Of a stretch of 64,000 bases of DNA, positions 1 to 10,441 are shown piece by piece; within the stretch, counting starts at the first letter, position 1; every line of letters starts with the position of its first letter. A program made the position numbers and the translations under genes. Source of the DNA: Amoebophrya sp. A120 (taxonomy: Eukaryota; Protista; Dinoflagellata); NCBI GenBank assembly GCA_905178155.1, contig CAJINV010000017.1:674722-738721 (forward strand), read 5' to 3'. A model generated the notes under the pieces. That model made no database searches. It was not told the DNA's origin and worked only from the letters and a program-made list of their open reading frames with translations.

Positions 1-107
1 GTCCTGGATGTCGTCCTCGAGCTCCTTCGGCGGGGGGAGCTCGTTCGGCGGCGGCGGGTCGGGAAGCTCGTGGTAGAAGATTAAGATGGTAATGAAAGAA
101 TGCTGCA
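1..107 (-). CDS. Partial exon of a minus-strand gene running off the window (hypothetical, hydrophobic stretch then Pro/Glu-rich)
   Basis: Reverse strand reads ILFITILIFYHELPDPPPPNELPPPKELEDDIQD with GC3-rich codons after a ctgcag acceptor-like site; upstream exons (about 400-1100) not resolved. Confidence 0.4.
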
Positions 108-1363
108 GTTGTGTGCTGTTTTCGAAATCGAAATCAACAAACTCCGCTTCGAGGAGCCACGACGTCTCGTCCCACGACCTGTATCTAAAAAAATAGCGAC
201 TCATATTCCGGCATTGAATTGGACTGCTTACGGAATCTGTTATGCCCGAACGTCATATGTTACAGAAACATGTTGGGCACCAGATTACCGCCAGCTAGAC
301 CAGCGAGATGAAGACGTCATTTATCTCAAAAGAGACAGCTTGCTCAAGAAATAGCTCTTGTCTTGCCCGTTTATTCAGTCACGAAACACTGAACAGACTG
401 CACAAACAGTGGGTTCGTTTATACCCGAACTCGATCTTGACCTTGAACCGAGTTCTTGGGTTGTTCGTGGATCCCCTTGATACCAAACTGTTTGCAATAA
501 ATCTCAATGTCGTGGCTGCCAAATGTCGGAATCACGCATGCGTTGTGAGACGAGCGTCCGTTTTTACGAAGAAGTGGTCAGCAATCCACAAAAAACCCGA
601 TCACTAGGAGGTAACGCTACCTTTTCCTTCCGTTGCCGCTTCAAGTTTCTGTAGGTTCTGCCTCCCGGGCGCTTTGCAGGCCCAGTTCTAGATCCCTGTT
701 GAGATTTTTCCCTCGGAATGTCGGTTTTTTGTGTTTACTTTCATCCTTTCACACAAAAACGGACGTGAAGGTTGACGACTTTCTTTCTTGGGTACTAGAT
801 ACCGAGCTGCTTCGCTATCAACCACAAGAAACCCTTTACGCATAGCTACTAGAATAGGATCATTGAATTTGAAGCACACCTTCAGGAAAAGAGTATATAT
901 AATCTCGTCAGAAAAGATAAAGAAAAAGATGAAAACGCGGCGGCTCTCTGTCTCTCCCCCGAGAGCCAAGCGGAAAAAGCGCTGAGGCGTCTTCTCTTGC
1001 ACAGCTTTGCCTATCTGCCAGCTTTGCTGTTGCAGGAAAGATCAGGATTTCGATCTTGCCTCGAGACGGGTTTTTTCCCTCGCAGCTTTGGGCCATCGAT
1101 TAAAGCTGGTTTTGTCCTGCAGTGAGGAAGAGCAAATTTGGTTCTGCGTGCAGGAAGAAAAGCCGGCCACTTAGACGCGAAGGGCCCGCCGCACTTGTTA
1201 TCTGAGAAAAATGGGCATCCTCTTTTCAGCCTTCTCCGGCGGTCGCCGCAAGGACATTCAGCTGCCAGAGTACTGATGATTTGGTTTGTTTCATTAATTT
1301 GTGATCGTGTGATAGGTACATTCTTTGAGTATATGATATCATGCTGAAGGTTCTACTCGAGGA

Positions 1364-2519
1364 ATGGAAACACGAACACCCAGCATCGAAGATGTTCTGA
1401 CCCCCTACTTACCTTTACTAAATTTGTTTCCTCTCCACGACCACAGGGTGTCCGCTCTTCACCTGGAGCTGCTGTCCCTGTACGCGTCTACGGTAACGGA
1501 AATGATGGGACTTCTCTTGCCACTCCCACTAACAATACCTCAAGCTGCCGGGGCGAACAGCAAAAATTCCCCTAACGAGGACACCGACAGTTCAACATCC
1601 GCTTCGGAGAGCGGGGGTAACAAGGGTGGAATAAAGACCAGTACAAACACGACAATACAACAAGCACAAAAACAAATTATCCCGGTCGGCAAGGCGGTGA
1701 AGCAAATTGGCGAGCGCACGTTGAAGCGCAGCGAGGTTACGAATGACAGCGAAGTGTACCGGTTTTTCCACCGGACCAACCGACCACACCTGATCTTCGT
1801 CTGCCACAAAATCCAGGGGCAGCGAACGCCGCTGTTGGATAGCAAAGGCTTGTACACGAAATTCCTCGACGCGGCGCTGAACGTTTGTGAAGTAGTCTTC
1901 TTGCTGAGTGCCGTGCCCTCGGTGGAGTACTTCCACAGACTGTTGTCGGAGCAACCAACCCTGAACTGGCTGTTTCAGAGGAGGAGAATCATACCCATAT
2001 TCGTACAAAATTTCTGTTTGTTGAAGAATGGTCGGTTGAGAAGCGGAGTGATTTGGTTACGGGTTCTTGCCATCTGGTCTTGAAGACCCTATAATGAAAT
2101 ATGTAATTGAGTTAGGCATACACATAGGCAAGAGCAAGTTGTAGACATGTATTCGCTATCCAGCCTGTCGCCCTCTTAATGTCCTGGGTCTGAATTATCT
2201 GAGCTCATCAGTAAGCTACTCACTGCAAAAACAAAAACAGGAGAGCAGCAACAAGCCAGAAACGACGGCTGACGGCAAAGTTGCAGATGCTAAAAACTCG
2301 TCGAGTGGCACTTCCACATCACAACAGCGGTACTGGGAGCCGCTGATGGCCGACGCGTTGCAGGGCAAGCTCCCGAGTCTCGGCTCCTTTCAGTCCGACC
2401 TGAAAGTTGAGTTTGCCGCCGGAACACCGCAGGAAATTTTCGTGGACAAATTTCTCCTGCTGCTGAGTGACGCGGAGAAAAAACATTCCGGAGGAGGAGA
2501 GGGGGATACAGTGACCTAA
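1364..2519 (+). CDS. Hypothetical protein, exons 1364-2002 and 2241-2519
   Basis: ORF 1364 joins in frame through a GT(2003)...aaacAG(2240) intron to ESSNKPE...DTVT*; coding-like codon use; family not recognised. Confidence 0.6.
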
Positions 2520-3412
2520 TTCATCTCGCTTCCCTGACGAGAAGGGAAAGTAACAGTATATGCGTTGAGATGAATAAAATCCAATGCGTTGGTTTGATTT
2601 TCTGAAATAGAGTCAAAACTACATCATCCGCATTGATGCGATGCAGACAGATTCAGCTCCGCTTTCTCGCTGTTGCCGCGCCGCGAACTTACTTTGTATC
2701 TACAGATTATGTTTTGACGTCACTCGTACGTGAGAATTTCCATCAAGACTCTACTTCCATTGAAACAAAGGACCCAGTGGTCTCATAACGCTGTACATTA
2801 TTGATGTTGTGAAACAATGCGAAATGAACCCTGAGTAAAGTGCTCCGGAGGAGATGACTACAGCGTTACTACTTGCCTACCATTATGTGGGACTTTGCAC
2901 ACGATGAAGTTCCTTTTCGCGGTGGGCGAAGACGCTTCTTGAATATGAATGTGTGTCATTTTGGTTGATATGCGGTCCTCCGCCTCGATGTGTTGGGTGC
3001 TGCTGCGCGTATGTCGTCGATCAGAAGGTTTCGCTCACCTAAATGCTAGGCTGGGTAAAAGTAGAAGATTCACCTGAGGCCACGAGTCTGAAATCGGGAT
3101 CCAAGTAGATTATCTCTGTGTATAGTAGTCGTGCCCTTCGTGGTTACGACATGTCGCCGAATACAAATTGATCGGTTGCGCTACTGTTGCTCTCGTCCAC
3201 TAAGCGAGAAGTAGCCCGATCCCGGTTCTTATGCCCCCTTTCGCGCATTCTCGTAGAGGTCGTGCTTCGCTTGAAGTATCTTCCTAGCAGAGAACTTTTC
3301 TGAATCAGAAGTACATGATCGTACTAGGTCAGAAAAGTTTCTACAACCTATCGAAGAAAATGATTTTCTTGTAGAATTTCTACGAGCCCGAATTTTGATA
3401 TTCAAGTGCAAG

Positions 3413-5056
3413 ATGGCCGTGCCACTATCTTGGACAAGTTCCGCGTCGGCGCTGCTGTTGCTGGCTGTCCTCTGTTCCAGCGACGAGCTGGCTTCTCCCC
3501 AGACAGCGACCACTGGCGCTGTTGCATCCCCCATCCCCCCCGATGAAGACGAGCGCAACTTGAAATTCCGGGAGAAATACGAGTACTGCCAGGGCTGGAC
3601 GCAAAGCATGGACCAGGCGCTCTCGTTGAAGATTATGAGTTTGGAGAAGGAAGTCTACGAGGTCCGGAAGCTGCTGCGCGACTTCGCGGTCATCGAAAAC
3701 GCGAAGAACCGCGAGTACATGCAAACCCTGGAGACCCACGCCAGCTCGATTGAGTCGGTCCGACAGGGCATTTTCGACCGGCTGGAGCGGGAGCGCATCC
3801 CGTTTGCGCTGGAGCAGAAGCTCGCGGAACTCACGCCCCGGGACTACTGCCCGGAGAACTCGTATCTGATGCGGCTCGGGGACCAGTTTGCCTACTGCAC
3901 CTCCGCCGTCTGGCACCAGGACGTGAACATCAAGAATTACGGGCCGTTGATGCTGGACTGCGACCATTCCAGCAGAATCCCGCAGGACGTCGGGACCTAC
4001 GTCGTGTTCCGGAGCAGCTTTTACGCGGTCCCGCAGTGCGCGTTGAAGGCGTTGCTGGTGCTGGGGCACATGGTCACGCTGAAGGGCACGGAGGAGGTGC
4101 GGAACAGAATGGAAACGCAGCTGCGGCTGAACGAGGCGATGTTCGCAAAAATCACGGAAAACGCGAACACTGCGGACTCGCTGCGGAACGCAGTGTCGCT
4201 GCAATTGATGGAATCTGGAGGGGAAGACGAGAAGAGTTTTGGAAGTAGAGCACAGAACAAAAAACTGCATCAGCGTCCCCTAAACTGCACCCGGCCGGCA
4301 CTCGGACAGGAGCCCGTTTTGGAGAATTTTAGCAGTGTAAATTCGCTCATCCAGGCGGGAAAATTCCGCGAAGCGTTAGAGAACTTCGTTTGGAATCCAA
4401 CCCAGTTTATCCAGCCCAGCGTCTTCGTGGAGGCACAGAAGCGGGTCGTAGGTACAAGAACTGGTGTTACAACATCTTCAGGGACTGCTGGTGGTCCATC
4501 AGCAGAGGAGATGAATGGAAGTGCTGGAGAGCAGGCTGATGATACTAGCGAGAATAATGATCCCGGCCGCGAGCGCGACACGGGAACCGGAACAAGAACT
4601 CCAGATTCTGCTTTTATCTACCTGATCCCGCGCCTTCTCTACCTACAGCACCTGGGCACGACAATCGCTCGGAAATTTTTCCCGGTGGCGTGTCAGGAAT
4701 TTTTCCTCGACTCCTGCGACGACCGACCTCGATCGCCTCTGGGCTACGCGCGGGAGGTGAGAATACGGGAGAAGGAGAAGTATTTTCTTGAGGCGGCAAA
4801 AATATCAAATCCTGAAGCTGTAATAGGAGATAAAGCTCCCCTGCTGCCCTTCCAGCTTCTGACACCCAGCATTCCCTTCCCGGAGCAAGCAGACTTCGAC
4901 GTGCGGGGCGAAACGGATCCCAGCCAGCTCGGCGTGCTGTTTGCGATCCACGGGGTAGGGTACAGCGTGTTTCCGAGCCGGGAAGCTTTCGAGCGGGTGT
5001 TTCTGGACTTCTGGACGCAGGTCGATTACGTCGGGTGGTGTCACGGGGATGGGTAG
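3413..5056 (+). CDS. Hypothetical secreted protein (signal-peptide-like N-terminus, coiled-coil segment)
   Basis: Long ORF, first ATG at 3413, MAVPLSWTSSASALLLLAVLCSS. A possible extra GT-AG intron 5021-5093 would extend the C-terminus (unverified). Confidence 0.65.
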   Translation: MAVPLSWTSSASALLLLAVLCSSDELASPQTATTGAVASPIPPDEDERNLKFREKYEYCQGWTQSMDQALSLKIMSLEKEVYEVRKLLRDFAVIENAKNREYMQTLETHASSIESVRQGIFDRLERERIPFALEQKLAELTPRDYCPENSYLMRLGDQFAYCTSAVWHQDVNIKNYGPLMLDCDHSSRIPQDVGTYVVFRSSFYAVPQCALKALLVLGHMVTLKGTEEVRNRMETQLRLNEAMFAKITENANTADSLRNAVSLQLMESGGEDEKSFGSRAQNKKLHQRPLNCTRPALGQEPVLENFSSVNSLIQAGKFREALENFVWNPTQFIQPSVFVEAQKRVVGTRTGVTTSSGTAGGPSAEEMNGSAGEQADDTSENNDPGRERDTGTGTRTPDSAFIYLIPRLLYLQHLGTTIARKFFPVACQEFFLDSCDDRPRSPLGYAREVRIREKEKYFLEAAKISNPEAVIGDKAPLLPFQLLTPSIPFPEQADFDVRGETDPSQLGVLFAIHGVGYSVFPSREAFERVFLDFWTQVDYVGWCHGDG

Positions 5057-5688
5057 ATCGTGCGGGGAATTGAGTGGTCGGCACGACGAGTAGGGCACGA
5101 CCGGGGGTTTGTTGGATGAACCTTGGCGGAGCTACGTCCGGTTTCTTTTGGCAATATGGTCTCCTCGAACAGGATCAGACACAAGCCAGTTGATGTGGAA
5201 TCTGTACTTGTAATCCGCGGCAGCTACTACACATAACGATCACGAAACGCCAGAATCGAATAAAGTAGTTCACGAGCTCGACCTCCAGAATTAGTGATTG
5301 CGAGAAGATTGAAAATGAAATTCTATCCTGCACCGGAGCCTAAGCAGTTGCAGAACGATCTGCTTGTGTGATCATTGATCAGGCTTTTCGTTCTTGCTGG
5401 TCTTGTGAAAAAATGAAAGAAAAGCGATCGTTTTTGTCTCCGCTCGGAATGCTTCGAGGGCGGCTCCTGTGCGGACGGGCCTGATTTGAAAAAGAAGATC
5501 TGAGTCGTTGTATGCCAAACTTGATCTATCTCTATGTATCTGACAGCGACAGGTGCAGTTTGGGGCTTGTGTATTGGTTTTATGGAAGATGATGTGAAAG
5601 AAGTTCAGCGTAGCAAGGTCCTTTAAGCCGCAAGAACCTTCCGTTTTTCAGACCAAGGAGACACCTCCGCTGAAGCAAAATCTTCAAA

Positions 5689-7548
5689 ATGGTGCTGCGA
5701 GTTGGAGAAAGCGCCGACCCTGGGAGCCACGTAACTACACCGGTGAAGCAGACGAGTCTCTTCAAAAATCCAGCTCCCACGGGAGACACGCCTAGCACTG
5801 TGGCGAAAGACGACTGGTCTCCACCGGAAGACCAGCGGACCTTTCTTGAAAGAGACGAATGTTGTAGTGGTAGTGCTAGTGGAGGAACATTAGCCAAACA
5901 TACGTCAGCACCCAGTTGCGCCGACGATGAGGATGAACTCCCCGATGATCAGCCCCTTCCCCTCTATGGCGACGACAACACTTTGGATCCGGAAACCCGC
6001 GCCCAGTGCATCGCCTGCAGTCTCTACTCGACGCAGGGTGACTGGCGCGCGCCGGGACACACCTTCACAGTTGGGCAGCACGAGTCCAACCAGTTTTCGA
6101 TTTCGATGCAAGTGGGCCCAGGCCGCGGTGGATCATCTTTGGTGAGCGGCACAAGTACTAGTAGTAGTTCCTCTACTGCGGCTGGCAGAAGTACAGCCAC
6201 ATCGGCGTCAAACAAGAAAGCAGCCAGGCGCGGCGGCGGGAACGCGAGTAGCAAATTATATCAGATGGCGTCAACAAACGCAAAAGCGCAGCTGGCGGGG
6301 AAGGCATCTGCAATGGGGAAGATGAGTAGCAATAAGGTGAAGCAGGAAATAAAAGTGGTAGTCGAGCAGGACCCGCGCGCGAACGGAAAGCTGGGCATTA
6401 CGGGCGGGCGAGTCTGGGACGCGGCGGTGGTGATGGCCAAGTTTTTTGAAAACCTGTATCTCGACGACGATCACATTAGCAGGGAAAGAAATGTCGAAAC
6501 AAGAAATGTCGATCTATGTCTATCACAAACGGCTGGTCGGCCTGGTGGAGACCCACCGACAGATCCAACAGATGCGTCGTCCAGTCTCGCAGCTGCTGAA
6601 CAAATGGAGGAAGAAGAGCAATCTACTCGTCGTCAGCACCCCCGCGACAAGCAGCGAAACATCGAAATCGCAAAATTGTTGCGAATCCCCTTGACTAGCA
6701 GCAAGACAAATCCAAATGGGAATTCCACAAAAAAAGTTCCAACAGGAGCCCCACTTCCCGTGAAAATGCTCGAGCTCGGCGCCGGGACGGGGCTTTGCGG
6801 CATCGCGTCTGCGGTGGTCCTCCCGCCGAAGAGTCTCATGGTGATCACGGACCAAGCGGAGCACTTGGGCCTTCTGCAGCGCAACGTCGAGGCGCATTCC
6901 TGGTGCAAACAAAAGTTGCTGGCGAAGGAATTCGACTGGGCAGCGGAAGAGGTCATGGAGATACTGGAAGAGCAAAACGAGAGCAAGACGAGAATAGCAG
7001 AAAATCATTTTCGGTCCTCGTGTGTTGACGCACGAGATGTTGAACAATTACACACCGCGCCCTTGATGTGGTTCCAACGTCCCGCGTGTCAACGGCTGCT
7101 GAGAAGGCTCCAAAACGCGGATGCAGGTTCTGCTGGGGGGACGTACAGAGGCGAAGACCTAGCTGATAATTATACCGATCTCAGCAAGACGAAGAATCGG
7201 GGTGCAGTAGACCACGGCGAATCTTCATGTCAACGTGATGAGCTGGGTTCTGATCTTGTAGTAGGTCCACGACATCATGAATTGCACGATCCCTTCGACC
7301 TCGTCATCGCTTCTGATGTGATTTACCACGAAGAAGTGGTGGATATTTTTGTGCGCGCGCTGCAGGCGTTGCTCGACTCCGGCGCGTGCAAGGCCGGGTT
7401 TGTCGCGTTCGAATTGCGGAGCTCGAACGTGACGGAGCATTTTTTGACGAAGTGCTTCCTCGCGTTTCACTGCGAATTTCTCGAGGGGCCGCCCCAGTTT
7501 CAAAGCGACGCAGTGGTGCTGCTGTATTTGAAATCGAAACTGTTGTGA
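5689..7548 (+). CDS. METTL21/Methyltransf_16-family SAM-dependent protein-lysine methyltransferase with low-complexity insertions
   Basis: Motifs GITGGRVWDAAVVMAKF, MLELGAGTGLCG (motif I), VITD, FDLVIASDVIY. Confidence 0.85.
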   Translation: MVLRVGESADPGSHVTTPVKQTSLFKNPAPTGDTPSTVAKDDWSPPEDQRTFLERDECCSGSASGGTLAKHTSAPSCADDEDELPDDQPLPLYGDDNTLDPETRAQCIACSLYSTQGDWRAPGHTFTVGQHESNQFSISMQVGPGRGGSSLVSGTSTSSSSSTAAGRSTATSASNKKAARRGGGNASSKLYQMASTNAKAQLAGKASAMGKMSSNKVKQEIKVVVEQDPRANGKLGITGGRVWDAAVVMAKFFENLYLDDDHISRERNVETRNVDLCLSQTAGRPGGDPPTDPTDASSSLAAAEQMEEEEQSTRRQHPRDKQRNIEIAKLLRIPLTSSKTNPNGNSTKKVPTGAPLPVKMLELGAGTGLCGIASAVVLPPKSLMVITDQAEHLGLLQRNVEAHSWCKQKLLAKEFDWAAEEVMEILEEQNESKTRIAENHFRSSCVDARDVEQLHTAPLMWFQRPACQRLLRRLQNADAGSAGGTYRGEDLADNYTDLSKTKNRGAVDHGESSCQRDELGSDLVVGPRHHELHDPFDLVIASDVIYHEEVVDIFVRALQALLDSGACKAGFVAFELRSSNVTEHFLTKCFLAFHCEFLEGPPQFQSDAVVLLYLKSKLL

Positions 7549-8154
7549 AGATAAAGATCAACCAACGGTCGGTCGCTTGCCGGTGGTTCTTGGTTGAGCT
7601 GCTAGCACTGCTGACGCGGAGTCGCTCATGATTTTTTTCTGCTTACTGGTTATGTGACCTTTTTCATACGACAACAAATACAAAAGGGAAAGGCACTTCC
7701 GACATTCAGACACCTATCAGCTTCAGGGGAGTAGGTATCAACCCCTGGTTTTGGATACAACGAGAGAACGTGTTCGTGCCTGATGAAACTCGTTCTTCTG
7801 CGTTTCGCGTGTTGTGAAGACGCCCGCTTTTGTGGTCTTCACGAAAACGCGACCACGGGCAGTATTTTTGTTGAGGAAAGCACGGCAGGGGCGGTCGTCG
7901 CGTGTCAGCCGAGTGAGGATTTCTCTATGTTGTTGAGCAGCGGTTTTATTGAGGCGGAGGGACGAGCTGGATAGAAATGATCATGAACGGGAGCGCATTT
8001 GATGTAGTCGTGTGCTGCTGGTGATTCTGCACGGTTTGAGCAGCTGGTTGGAGGAGAACGTGCCGATCGTGCAATAATCATCCTAGAGGCGTTGCCAGCC
8101 CGATGATCAAGTCGAAGATGTGAGATCAGCTTTTCAACAAATCGATCTGCACTC

Positions 8155-9281
8155 ATGCGGCTTGCGGCAGCCGCTCCCGCAGCTGGCTCCTTCAGAAGGC
8201 GAGCCGTTGCGATTGGCGGTGCGCTCACTTGCAGTGCGTTACCGGGCCGTGCTGCGTCGAGTGGTTTCTTTGCTGCGGCAGATCCAAGTAGACACTCGAT
8301 TGAAGTAGACCACCGTGTCTACTACACCAAACCTTCTACTTCGTCCCCGCAAAAATCCTTCCTTCACCGGGAGGATGCACAGCTGCACGAAGGTGTCCAA
8401 GAGCTCTCGTTGAAGTCCGACCTGATTCCGCCGGCGAAGAATCAGACCCGCGCGGCGCCCTACGTGTCGGACGAAGAGTGCACGGAGTTCGCGGCGTCAA
8501 TCTACCGCAAGCCCGCGGTCGTGTGCAGTCGCGTGGAAGTGGATGCAGACACCGACGGCTGCAAGTGCAAAGTGGTCCTGCCCGCGAGTATCCACCCCGT
8601 GCCGGACACGATGGAGTCTGTCATCGACGCGCCACAAGAACCCGCCCTGCCAGGGCAGGGACCACCGAGGACGTTTGACCCGTATTTTCGTAGCGAATCT
8701 AGCTTTTCTGCTTTGCTAAAAAGATGTACGGCGCTATGGCAAGTTTTTATTTCTCATGCGCGGTAAAAAGAAAAACGGTGCAAGCAGACGTAGAGTAAGT
8801 AAGTAAAAATTATATCTGTTCTGGCTTTCAATTTCAAACACCTGACGTGACTGCGATGTACACATCAAAACGATCCATCTTCGAGTGACGCCAGCTCCTG
8901 ATAGCGACAGCAGGCTTATTCATCTTACGTGCGAAATAATGATAAATCTGAAACGCAAACGCAAGTGAGTTTGGGGATAATTACCACCGCCGAAACATGA
9001 TTATCAGCCCCGCCCCTCCCGCGCGCGCGGTGAACAACCTGGCGCCGTATTCTCCGCCGCACATGGTCGGCACCTGTCCCTTCCAAGCAAAGTGCGAGAA
9101 CGAGCAGACCTGCGTGGGGTTTAACAGCTGGGGCTTCCAGAAGGTCATGCAGAGCAACTACTCCGCCGTAGCGAACTTGTTGAACACCATCTACTGCATG
9201 TACTACATGCCCATGGATAGCAAGTTCGAAATCCCGCTGCGCGTCCGGCGCGCGCGGGAACTGGAACAGGAAGGAAAGTGA
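8155..9281 (+). CDS. Hypothetical Cys-containing protein, exons 8155-8681 and 8966-9281
   Basis: GT(8682)...gcaAG(8965) intron joins the two ORF-track pieces in frame (TFDP-EFGDNYHRRNMIISP). Confidence 0.6.
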
Positions 9282-10441
9282 GAAGAGGAGAAAGCCTTCC
9301 TGTCGACCTGCAACCTTCTTTGCGAAGGTCTAGGTCGTCGGGCTCTGTGAGAAGGAGTGCAGGTGAAAGTCGTGGGGCACGTTTTTACCGCGTCGTAATC
9401 ATACTGTCGTAGCGTGAAAGCAGCGGCTTGACGATTTTTTTTTCTTTTCCATACGAAGTACTAGACAATCACGATCCGGAACGACACTGCTGGACGAGTA
9501 ACAGTAAGTTGTGTCCTGGTGACGAAAAACAAAAACTCGCTAAACCGGGATTTTGGTTTTCCTTGCGCGAGTCATACACCGTATGCAGCACAGCATACCA
9601 ACCTCTCGTACCTGTTCCATTGGCTCGTGTCCTTCTTATCTTTGGGCGCGCTAGTAGCAGACGTCTACTAAGATTTACTGCGCAGATCAATTTATGGTGT
9701 AAGCAAGCAGTAGTGGTCATGTTTCTGCCGCACTAGCACGACGCTACTGCTGTTGTATGACTACCATCTGACTAGAGGATTATTACTCGGCTGCTTCTGA
9801 AAGTGTGATCTAGAATCGTGTGCTAACTCCGACAAAAAGGATCGATATAAAGTTTGAGCTAGTGATGTCAGTGTGGTAGAAGTCCCAGTTACACTAGTAC
9901 GATATCGAAGTGAAGAAGTAATGGATAGCGGCATATTACCTACAAATGTTGTGATCGCGACCGATTTCATCCACGGCCATGTGTTTTTTTGATGACAGTT
10001 TTGCCTTTTATTTCGCTTTGAAGCTTTACCTTTAACGTCTACGTCGGCCACAAAAGTAGTTTGCACTCATTTCACGGTGATGGTCGTGGATCTGTCGTTA
10101 TTTTTTGGTTTTTCCGTCTTTACTCTGCATTGGATGCGGATTCGAAATCGGACCTATTTGTACGATCATTTGACAAAGTTGGTAGACAACGTGAAGGTGG
10201 CACTTCATGAATGCAAAACATCTCATCTCCTGTAGTTTTAGTACGCTTGCTCTCTACACGATCGGTTTTATCCGATAATTTGCACCGGTTGAAAATATTT
10301 TTCCGTCGAAAATCACGACCGATATACTGATTCCTTGCAAGAAACAAGTCTCGCCTGTCTGTGTCAATCAAAAAGCACAATTCGAAGATCAGCCTCGACA
10401 AAAAATAAACCCAAGAACAGCAAGATCGCATCCAAACAAAA

